DNA from: Coleofasciculus sp. B1-GNL1-01
Lineage (GTDB): Bacteria > Cyanobacteriota > Cyanobacteriia > Cyanobacteriales > Coleofasciculaceae
Assembly (NCBI GenBank): GCA_040220235.1
Contig: JAVJTO010000129.1
DNA: 12,422 bases
Reading direction: 5' to 3' (one strand)
Under the pieces are notes generated by a model, which saw only the letters and a program-made list of their open reading frames with translations, was not told the origin of the DNA and searched no databases. The translations under genes and the position numbers were made by a program. Shown one piece after another: positions 6,078 through 12,422 of the stretch; the first letter of the stretch is position 1; each line of letters begins with the position of its first letter.

Positions 6078-6110
6078 AGATCCCCGACTTTTTAGAGAAG
6101 TCGGGGATCT
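6078..6110. repeat. Perfect 13-bp-arm palindrome, REP-like
   Basis: AGATCCCCGACTT-tttagag-AAGTCGGGGATCT; no U-tract on either side. Confidence 0.75.
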
Positions 6111-6176
6111 GGGTGCTGTTTGGCTTCCGGATGCTTCTTTCCCACTCACGTAACGAGTGAATAGAAGAGGGGAACA

Positions 6177-6216
6177 TTGACATTCTCCCACCGTTAAATC
6201 AAAGATTGTAGCGGGA
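6177..6216 (+). mobile_element. Possible orphan IS200/IS605-type end remnant
   Basis: TTGAC followed by ATTCTCCCA and a bulged hairpin CCGTTA-AATC-aaa-GATT-g-TAGCGG. This resembles IS605/IS1341-type subterminal hairpins (from recall). No tnpA/tnpB is present. Confidence 0.35.
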
Positions 6217-6401
6217 TCATTCTCGCTGATTGAGGTAAATGAGCCAGGTATGGCAGAGTTTGAGTATCAGTTTTTTGCTTCCACCGAAGTCATGAGAAAA
6301 ACTTTTGGTAAGATAGGCGAAAGCTTAATATTCTGCCTATTATACCCATCCTGCTCAGACAAACGATAAAATGTCCTACTTGAGGTCACAGTAGAGGAAC
6401 T

Positions 6402-6917
6402 ATGGAACCGAATCCACAAAAATCTGAATATACTGAGGGTAATCCCCCAGAGGTCAAGACGGCTCAAGCCGACGCTACAAAAAGCCCAGAGTCTAAAGTA
6501 GATGTCAATGTTGACCAACCTGGGACAGTTGCCCAACTCCCGCCTAATAATCAAGCCAAGCTTCCCGCAGCGGGTCAAACCACGGATCAAGCTTGGCAGG
6601 AATGGGTACAGCCTGTGTTTGACTTCCTGTCCAAACTTCCGGCGATAATCAGTGCATTTTATTACGAGTACCAACAAGCCATCATTTTGATTGGGCTAGT
6701 GATAGCCGGCTTTATCACCGTGTATGTTACCCTAGCTGTACTGGATGCCATTAACGACATTCCCTTATTAGCCCCAATTTTTGAACTTGTTGGGATTGGT
6801 TACACAATCTGGTTTATTGCCCGTTATCTTTGGAAAGCTGAAAGTCGCCAAGAATTGGCTCAAGAGTTTGAATCTCTTAAAGGACAATTGCTTGGCAAAG
6901 ACTCGACTCAGAGTTAA
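6402..6917 (+). CDS. curT: CURT1/CAAD-domain thylakoid curvature protein
   Basis: Disordered N-terminus, amphipathic helix, two TM helices with AVLDAINDIPLLAPIFELVGIGYTIWFIARYL; GAGG SD. Confidence 0.9.
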   Translation: MEPNPQKSEYTEGNPPEVKTAQADATKSPESKVDVNVDQPGTVAQLPPNNQAKLPAAGQTTDQAWQEWVQPVFDFLSKLPAIISAFYYEYQQAIILIGLVIAGFITVYVTLAVLDAINDIPLLAPIFELVGIGYTIWFIARYLWKAESRQELAQEFESLKGQLLGKDSTQS

Positions 6918-6926
6918 GTTAATCTC

Positions 6927-6961
6927 TATCCCTACCTGAATCTCGGATTTGGGTGGGGATA
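6927..6961 (+). terminator. 3' hairpin of the curT mRNA
   Basis: 16-bp stem TATCCCTACCTGAATC/GATTTGGGTGGGGATA with three G-U pairs valid only on the + strand; poor U-tract. Confidence 0.6.
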
Positions 6962-6994
6962 ATTCTAAAAAACCAGTCCTGGGACTTATGAATA

Positions 6995-7155
6995 AGGGCG
7001 GGTTTTGTTGTTCCGTTATTGGTGAGGAGGGCGGGTTTTGTTGTTCCGTTATTTCAGCAATAGCTGACTTTAGTCCCTAAACCCGCCCCTACAGTCCCTA
7101 AACCCGCCCCTACAGTCCCTAAACCCGCCCCTACAGTCCCTAAACCCACCCCTAC
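6995..7155. repeat. Compound REP/MITE-like element with amplified ends
   Basis: 2 x 26-bp AGGGCGGGTTTTGTTGTTCCGTTATT (6995-7020, 7028-7053) and 4 x 21-bp AGTCCCTAAACCCGCCCCTAC (7072-7155; last unit has one substitution). GGGCGGGTTT and AAACCCGCCC are inverted complements. Confidence 0.9.
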
Positions 7156-7157
7156 AA

Positions 7158-7571
7158 TTAACTTAAATTAACTCGAATAATTTTAGGTAAACGAACAATT
7201 TCTGACGCCCCCTCCTGACTGAGTTGATTTGCCGTTAATGACTTCACTAAATCAGAAATGCCTTCTGCTCCGGTTTTTTGCAGGGTTTGCAAAAGCTGAT
7301 AACTATGGTCAATTAACTCTGTAACCTGAATTTCCTCATAAATAGGTTGGTAGTCACCTAAGCGTCTAATTCCCTCCCCAAGCAAGATGACAGCGCCACG
7401 CCAGTTAAGATTATTGAGATGGTAGCAAGCTACCGAAATTTGTAATATACCTTGATAAAACTGTTTGTTTGGTTCGGCAGCCTCCATCCACAATGCCTCT
7501 AAGGTGTCATGACAGGCATAAAATTCCTGTTGATTAAATTGCTCGACACCTTGCCAAAATTGCTTAGTCAT
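7158..7571 (-). CDS. DUF309 family protein
   Basis: FNQQEFYACHDTLEALW...YQGILQISVACYH motif pattern; follows ftrC on the same strand. Confidence 0.88.
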   Translation of the reverse strand: MTKQFWQGVEQFNQQEFYACHDTLEALWMEAAEPNKQFYQGILQISVACYHLNNLNWRGAVILLGEGIRRLGDYQPIYEEIQVTELIDHSYQLLQTLQKTGAEGISDLVKSLTANQLSQEGASEIVRLPKIIRVNLS

Positions 7572-7593
7572 AGGTGATGAATTCCAGATTATG

Positions 7594-7631
7594 AGTCATT
7601 GGTCATTTAGATTTGAAAATGACCAATGACT
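7594..7631. repeat. 15-bp perfect inverted repeat built from STRR2 heptamers
   Basis: AGTCATTGGTCATTT-N8-AAATGACCAATGACT, located between ftrC and DUF309. Confidence 0.85.
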
Positions 7632-7640
7632 TAAAGACAA

Positions 7641-8006
7641 TTAAGCCATGCTATCTCGAACGGATTGAAGCTCCTCGATGGTAATTTCCTGCTGTTCTCC
7701 AGAAAATTCGTTGTCTGGTGTCAAAAACAACATACAGTGGCATTCTTTGCGCTCACGCATGGGGATGCAAGGACAATTCCAGTAGGTGGCTTTCACCTCG
7801 GCTTCTTTGTCTTCGTAATGACGGCATGGACATAGGGGTGAACCTAAATCATCTTTGTGTTTCGCTAATCCTTCGATGACGACAGCCGTTACCGAGGGGT
7901 CAGCACAAAAGTAGGTGCCAGTTCGTTTAGCATAAGTTTCGGCAAAATTCTTCATTGCTGCCAGTGTTTTCTCACGGGAAAGATTTGTGTTTTCTGATGT
8001 ACTCAT
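7641..8006 (-). CDS. ftrC: Ferredoxin-thioredoxin reductase catalytic (beta) subunit
   Basis: CPC, CPC and CHC motifs (LCPCRHY, WNCPCIPMRERKECHCMLF). Also called ftrB. Confidence 0.97.
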   Translation of the reverse strand: MSTSENTNLSREKTLAAMKNFAETYAKRTGTYFCADPSVTAVVIEGLAKHKDDLGSPLCPCRHYEDKEAEVKATYWNCPCIPMRERKECHCMLFLTPDNEFSGEQQEITIEELQSVRDSMA

Positions 8007-8119
8007 AAGTTAAATTCGCTAGATACCCTATTCTTTAGTGTGAGCGTTCACTTTTCTTTGCATTTTAACGCAAGCCTTCTAAGTAAGGGCTGCTGAATAA
8101 GTTTTGTGGTGAGGGGCGG

Positions 8120-8145
8120 GAACAGGCAACAGGGAACAGGCAACA
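8120..8145 (-). repeat. CCTGTT(G/C) heptamer repeat, about 3.7 units
   Basis: GAACAGG CAACAGG GAACAGG CAACA on +, the reverse complement of the 4972-5027 unit. Confidence 0.85.
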
Positions 8146-8148
8146 CTT

Positions 8149-9321
8149 TCAACCCCTCTGTTGAGGTAAAATTTGCTGTAGCTGACGTTGTAAGGCTTCC
8201 TCTTTATCGATGATTCTACCCGCGCAATTGGTCAGTCCTGAGGTGTGTCGTTCAGGTTGGGCTACTGTGGATGGCGACCAAAATAACCAACGACTACCCG
8301 GAGGAAGGGCATTGAGACTGGCGGATTGTTGGGTGAGCCAAATTAAGGGAAGATGGGGAGGATCGCCAGCGTCTGCATCTTCTCCCGGTTGGGTCGCAGC
8401 TAGGGCTTCTAAGACAACTTGATTCCCGTGTAATAATCCGGTTCTAGCTGTCCAGAGTCTAGCATCAAGCTGACGAGAACAGGCATAGAAATAGAGGGAG
8501 GCAGCAGCAATCACGGCTGATTCAAAATCCTCGGATTGCCAACTTACCGCACTATCGAGGCAAATGACAATTTCTTGAGACCCCGTAAAGACTTCTAACT
8601 CCCGTACCATCAATTCTCCATACCGGGCGCTGGTACGCCAATGAATCAGACGAGTTGGATCACCCACCCGGTAAGGTCGGAGCGATCGCGTCAGGTCTTC
8701 TGTGGCGGATTGAGAACGGCGATCGCTTAACAGTTGTAGACTATCATCTGTGCCGATTTCGTCAACGATTGGACAACTGGTTAAGGGTAATACCGTAGGA
8801 TAAACAATCGCTGTGGCTGGTGCATGGCGGCTACGACGACACCAAAATAATCCTAAGGGATTTCCAGTTCTTAGTTGGATTTCATGCCAGTGGTAGACCC
8901 CCCGCTTAGTGGTGGAATGGAAATAAACCCAGTGATAGATACTCCTTGGCGCAATGGTTTCGATCGCGGTTTGCATGGGTTTTCCCAGTTCAGATTGGAG
9001 AATGTCCTGAACTTGTAATAACGTTTTGGATTTAGGGGTAGGATTTTCAATATCGATTTCAATGGTGAGTTCATCACCCGCACTAACTGGAAAGATAGGA
9101 CGGCGGTGGACTTGAAGATGACGTAGCGATCGCGGCGGTAAGATAACCGCTAACCCCAGTAGCGCAAACGTTATACCACTGATGACATACAGCCACCCTG
9201 ACATAGTATTGGTCGCCGCGCCAAAGAAACAAATCGCAATACCCGCTAATATCCATCCAGCATAAGCAGGAGTCACCCAATGGGTTTCTAACCAATCCGT
9301 GATTCGAGTGATGATGCCCAT
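8149..9321 (-). CDS. DUF58 family membrane-anchored protein
   Basis: Two N-terminal TM helices; LRPYRVGDPTRLIHWRTSARYGELMVRE motif; FESAVIAAASL. ATG 9321 has a GGGAG SD; alternative GTG start at 9330. Confidence 0.9.
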   Translation of the reverse strand: MGIITRITDWLETHWVTPAYAGWILAGIAICFFGAATNTMSGWLYVISGITFALLGLAVILPPRSLRHLQVHRRPIFPVSAGDELTIEIDIENPTPKSKTLLQVQDILQSELGKPMQTAIETIAPRSIYHWVYFHSTTKRGVYHWHEIQLRTGNPLGLFWCRRSRHAPATAIVYPTVLPLTSCPIVDEIGTDDSLQLLSDRRSQSATEDLTRSLRPYRVGDPTRLIHWRTSARYGELMVRELEVFTGSQEIVICLDSAVSWQSEDFESAVIAAASLYFYACSRQLDARLWTARTGLLHGNQVVLEALAATQPGEDADAGDPPHLPLIWLTQQSASLNALPPGSRWLFWSPSTVAQPERHTSGLTNCAGRIIDKEEALQRQLQQILPQQRG

Positions 9322-9392
9322 TTGACACACTCCCTACCCCGCTTAGGCTTTGATTGTCTCACATTAAATCCAAAAAATAGATTATAGATTAT

Positions 9393-9908
9393 TTACTGTT
9401 GATGAAACCATGCCGTTAGTGCCACCGCCAAAGCATCGGCTGCATCATCTGGCTTAGGTATACTCTCTAAATTTAACTCTCGTGCCACCGCTTGCTGTAC
9501 CTCGTGCTTGTCCGCATTCCCATAACCTGTCAACGCTTGCTTCACCTGTCCTGGTGTAAACTCTACCATTGGCACCTGATGCTGGGCTAACACCAAGGTG
9601 ACAACCCCCCGTGCCTGAGCCACAGTAATTGTATTACCCATCCGGTAAAAAAACAGCTTCTCTACGGCAACTAGATCCGGTTGGCACTGCTCCAGGATAG
9701 TATGTAAATCTTCGTAAATTGTACAGAGTCGCTTTCCCAGTTCTGTCCGCGCTGGCGTCTGAATGACACCAAAATCCAATAACTGTACAGATTCAGATGT
9801 CGATTTTCCCCGAACCTTGGTCATTGGTTTAACTTCAGCGTGGCAGATAATTGCCCCAAAGCCTAAAATCGCTAACCCTGGGTCTAGTCCTAAAATTCGC
9901 TTTCCCAT
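9393..9908 (-). CDS. ruvC: Holliday junction resolvase RuvC
   Basis: [45 protein letters not shown]. Confidence 0.97.
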   Translation of the reverse strand: MGKRILGLDPGLAILGFGAIICHAEVKPMTKVRGKSTSESVQLLDFGVIQTPARTELGKRLCTIYEDLHTILEQCQPDLVAVEKLFFYRMGNTITVAQARGVVTLVLAQHQVPMVEFTPGQVKQALTGYGNADKHEVQQAVARELNLESIPKPDDAADALAVALTAWFHQQ

Positions 9909-10081
9909 CGACCTTGCTGTCTCCTAGAACACCAGTCTAGTGCATGATGGCAAACGTGTCTGAACTCAAAACTCATACCAAGTTGGGTTCTAACGTGTCA
10001 TTCTGAGCCTAGCGTTGGGTCAAAACTTCCTCATTCAGCCAGATGCCATGAACAGTAAGACCTGCATTCAAGGGATGATTG

Positions 10082-10097
10082 TGTAGCTCGTGTTACA
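10082..10097. promoter_or_regulatory. Consensus NtcA box
   Basis: TGTA-GCTCGTGT-TACA matches (T)GTA-N8-TAC(A); lies in the divergent ruvC-yvcK spacer. Confidence 0.5.
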
Positions 10098-10172
10098 GTT
10101 TTGAGGAATTCTAGCATCGACTTCGATGACACCGACTGGTGTTCTAGTCGTTGTGATTCTTGACGTTCTCCG

Positions 10173-10200
10173 TTGGATTAATCAGTCGTCCCGGTATAAT
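10173..10200 (+). promoter_or_regulatory. Putative yvcK-tsaE promoter
   Basis: Perfect TATAAT (10195-10200) with weak TTGGAT (10173-10178). Confidence 0.45.
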
Positions 10201-10358
10201 TTCCAGAATGTATCCTGACCAACCCATCCTCCCAGCTAATAAAAGAATATGGCACAGTTGACAGCAGACAATCCTACACCTCCCGTCAAGGACTTGAGCA
10301 ATTGCCCTGCTCTTAGCTAAAGTCTATCCAGTTTTGTTCTCCGTTTCTGGTATCAGCA

Positions 10359-11729
10359 ATGTCCTCAATTAGTCTCCTCAAACGCGCTCTACGAACCCTG
10401 CATAACGAGTCAAGAGGTAGGACGCCCCGACAAGTCAATCGGTGGTTTAAGTGGTTAGCCCCTGGACTATTCGTCAAACGCTGGTTGCTTCTCAGTGCCA
10501 TAGGTGTACTACTGACGAGTCTGGGGGTAGCGATTTGGGCAAAGCTGACCCCCATTTTTTACTTAATCCAACTCACGTCTACCATTCTGGAAACAATCAC
10601 CACGGTTATTCCCAACTATGTATCCGGACCGATCGCGATTATTTGTGGTCTGATGTTTATCTTCTGGGGACAAACCCGGACGGTGGGCTCGATTACTGAG
10701 GCACTAAAACCCGGAGGCGATGAAGAACTGGTAGATGTGCTGATCGCCCATCGTCGCCTGTATCGTGGTCCGAAAATTGTCGTCGTGGGAGGCGGTACTG
10801 GTTTGTCTACCTTACTCCGAGGACTGAAAATTTACAGCGCCCATATCACTGCCATTGTCACCGTAGCCGATGATGGCGGTTCTTCTGGGCGGCTGCGGCA
10901 AGAATTTGGGGTTCTGCCTCCGGGAGATATTCGCAACTGTTTGGCAGCTTTAGCAGACCAAGAAAAACTATTAACCGAACTGTTTCAATACCGTTTCTCA
11001 GCGGGGAATGGTCTAGTGGGTCACAGTTTTGGCAATTTATTCTTGACGGCAATGAGCGAGATTACGGGGGACTTAGAACGGGCAATTGCCGCCAGTTCTC
11101 AAGTTTTAGCGGTGCGAGGACGAGTTCTTCCGGCGACATTGAGTGATGTCTGTCTCTGGGCAGAATTAGAAGATGGGCGTCGGATTGAAGGCGAATCGAA
11201 TATTACGGCTGCCAATGGTAAAATCGTCAAGATGGGTTGCACGCCAGAAAATCCTCCAGCTCTTCCCGCCGTTCTCAAAGCGATTCACGAAGCCGATTAC
11301 ATTATTATTGGTCCGGGTAGTCTGTATACCAGCATCCTGCCGAATCTGTTAGTGCCAGAAATTACGGATGCGATCGCGGCAAGTACTGCTCCCCGAATCT
11401 ATGTGTGTAATATCATGACTCAACCGGGTGAAACGGACGGATATACGGTTGCTGATCATATTCGCGCCCTGGACAATGCTTGTGGTCACTCTTTATTTGA
11501 TGCGGTTTTGGTGCATCGAAAAGTGCCTTCTGCTGAAGCATTGATTAAGTATGCCCAAGTCAATTCCCACCCTGTTTTTCTGGATCGCGAAGCAACCGAA
11601 AAGTTAGGACGCCGCATTGTTTTAGCAAATGTCATGGATGAAGATGAGAACACGAATCTAGTCCGCCATAATCCGGAAAAGTTAGCACGGGTGTTACTAC
11701 GCTGGTACAGTCGCGCTCATCTGATGTAA
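10359..11729 (+). CDS. yvcK: YvcK/GlmR (UPF0052, CofD-like) gluconeogenesis-factor family protein with N-terminal membrane anchor
   Basis: [39 protein letters not shown] motifs; two hydrophobic N-terminal segments. Confidence 0.94.
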   Translation: MSSISLLKRALRTLHNESRGRTPRQVNRWFKWLAPGLFVKRWLLLSAIGVLLTSLGVAIWAKLTPIFYLIQLTSTILETITTVIPNYVSGPIAIICGLMFIFWGQTRTVGSITEALKPGGDEELVDVLIAHRRLYRGPKIVVVGGGTGLSTLLRGLKIYSAHITAIVTVADDGGSSGRLRQEFGVLPPGDIRNCLAALADQEKLLTELFQYRFSAGNGLVGHSFGNLFLTAMSEITGDLERAIAASSQVLAVRGRVLPATLSDVCLWAELEDGRRIEGESNITAANGKIVKMGCTPENPPALPAVLKAIHEADYIIIGPGSLYTSILPNLLVPEITDAIAASTAPRIYVCNIMTQPGETDGYTVADHIRALDNACGHSLFDAVLVHRKVPSAEALIKYAQVNSHPVFLDREATEKLGRRIVLANVMDEDENTNLVRHNPEKLARVLLRWYSRAHLM

Positions 11730-11741
11730 AAGGGGTAAGGA

Positions 11742-12206
11742 ATGACTAAATTCCGTCTAACCGATGCACAAGCCACGCGATCGCTCGGTGTTCGTCTGGG
11801 GGAATCTTTGCCCGCAGGTACTGTGATTTTGCTAGAGGGGGATTTAGGTGCGGGTAAAACCACACTGGTGCAGGGAATTGGTGCAGGCTTGGGAATCACC
11901 GACGCGATCGTTAGTCCCACGTTTACTCTGATTAACGAATATCCCGAAGGACGCATTCCCCTCTATCATCTAGATTTGTACCGTCTAGAACCCGAAGCCG
12001 TAGCCGCGTTAGACCTAGAAAGCTATTGGGAAGGTGTAGAAATGCCCTTGGGAATTGTCGCGATCGAGTGGGCGGATCGATTACCCTATTTACCAGAATC
12101 TTATCTGCATCTGAATTTAACCTATTTAAGCGAAGGTGGACGTCAAGCCCAACTGATTACTGTCTCAACGGGGAAATCTGAGGCGGCGATAGAACTGCCT
12201 CTATAA
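11742..12206 (+). CDS. tsaE: tRNA threonylcarbamoyladenosine biosynthesis ATPase TsaE
   Basis: GDLGAGKT P-loop, SPTF, HLDLYRL, IEW. Confidence 0.97.
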   Translation: MTKFRLTDAQATRSLGVRLGESLPAGTVILLEGDLGAGKTTLVQGIGAGLGITDAIVSPTFTLINEYPEGRIPLYHLDLYRLEPEAVAALDLESYWEGVEMPLGIVAIEWADRLPYLPESYLHLNLTYLSEGGRQAQLITVSTGKSEAAIELPL

Positions 12207-12224
12207 GAATATTGGACTTTGGAC

Positions 12225-12258
12225 AAAAAAAATGCATTTGCGTAACTTTTACGCAAAT
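12225..12258 (-). terminator. Probable terminator of the convergent minus-strand gene
   Basis: Perfect 10-bp arms ATTTGCGTAA/TTACGCAAAT (12236-12258); A8 at 12225-12232 gives U8 on the minus strand. Confidence 0.6.
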
Positions 12259-12308
12259 ATAATTTGAAGTTAATGAAGAGGAATTAATTGGACTATGACC
12301 GAAAAGTT

Positions 12309-12422
12309 TTACTCGTCTTTAACTCCCTCATTTTCCCCAGAGATATCCGGCTCAGTTTCTCCTCCAAAACAAACATCTAAATAACTTGACTGGAGAGAAT
12401 TAATAACTCTTTCCAATTCGTC
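12309..12422 (-). CDS. 3' end of an unidentified gene entering from beyond the window
   Basis: Open minus frame from the edge: DELERVINSLQSSYLDVCFGGETEPDISGENEGVKDE*; protein-like and followed by a correctly oriented terminator. Confidence 0.6.
   Translation of the reverse strand, partial: DELERVINSLQSSYLDVCFGGETEPDISGENEGVKDE

Larger units (their letters stand above)
1153..11784. repeat. HIP1 octamer GCGATCGC, dispersed
   Basis: Perfect copies start at 1153, 4051, 5955, 8682, 8719, 9126, 11370 and 11777; several 7/8 matches also occur. Confidence 0.9.

Noticed and set aside
6267..6677. 136-aa minus-strand ORF
   Set aside because: Largely antisense to curT; no family features.
7072..7155. 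4 x 21-bp repeat as a CRISPR array
   Set aside because: The units are directly adjacent with no spacers, and there are no cas genes in the window.
8210..9328. Three short ORFs within DUF58 (70, 70 and 81 aa)
   Set aside because: Shadow frames. The DUF58 frame is intact, so no frameshift or pseudogene needs to be invoked.
9393..9908. RuvC-fold protein as a TnpB/Cas12-like nuclease
   Set aside because: 171 aa with all canonical Holliday-junction resolvase motifs; no zinc finger, HTH or IS ends.
10313..11956. Short ORFs overlapping yvcK and tsaE (80, 82, 64 and 79 aa)
   Set aside because: Antisense or out-of-frame shadows of well-supported genes.
12295..12384. Plus-strand 29-aa sORF MTEKFYSSL... 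with upstream GAGG
   Set aside because: Antisense to the more protein-like minus-strand frame, which has a matching terminator.

Overview
Core-genome window from a cyanobacterium, most likely a filamentous Oscillatoriales-like strain. This is inferred from PSII D2, CURT1 and FTR genes, 8 perfect HIP1 octamers and STRR-type heptamer repeats. Gene order: 3' end of a stand-alone psbD > ~300-nt unannotated structured locus carrying a 23-codon sORF > pterin-4a-carbinolamine dehydratase > SLH/OprB (Som-type) porin > CymR-like Rrf2 regulator > J-domain protein > dual-domain 6-pyruvoyl-tetrahydropterin synthase > curT >< DUF309 < ftrC < DUF58 < ruvC <> yvcK > tsaE >< 3' end of an unknown gene. No CRISPR, rRNA, tRNA or intact transposase is visible. 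The best candidate for something new is the locus at ~665-999. It has its own promoter, an 11-nt perfect anti-16S Shine-Dalgarno folded with its AUG into a hairpin, a 23-aa peptide, four further hairpins and a terminator just upstream of the dehydratase gene. Secondary points: a CysK-docking-type C-terminus plus candidate operator on the Rrf2 protein, a Cys-to-Gly change in PTPS domain 1, candidate Yfr1, RpaB and NtcA sites, and several small repeat families in the intergenic spacers. All family assignments come from motif recognition; no searches were run.
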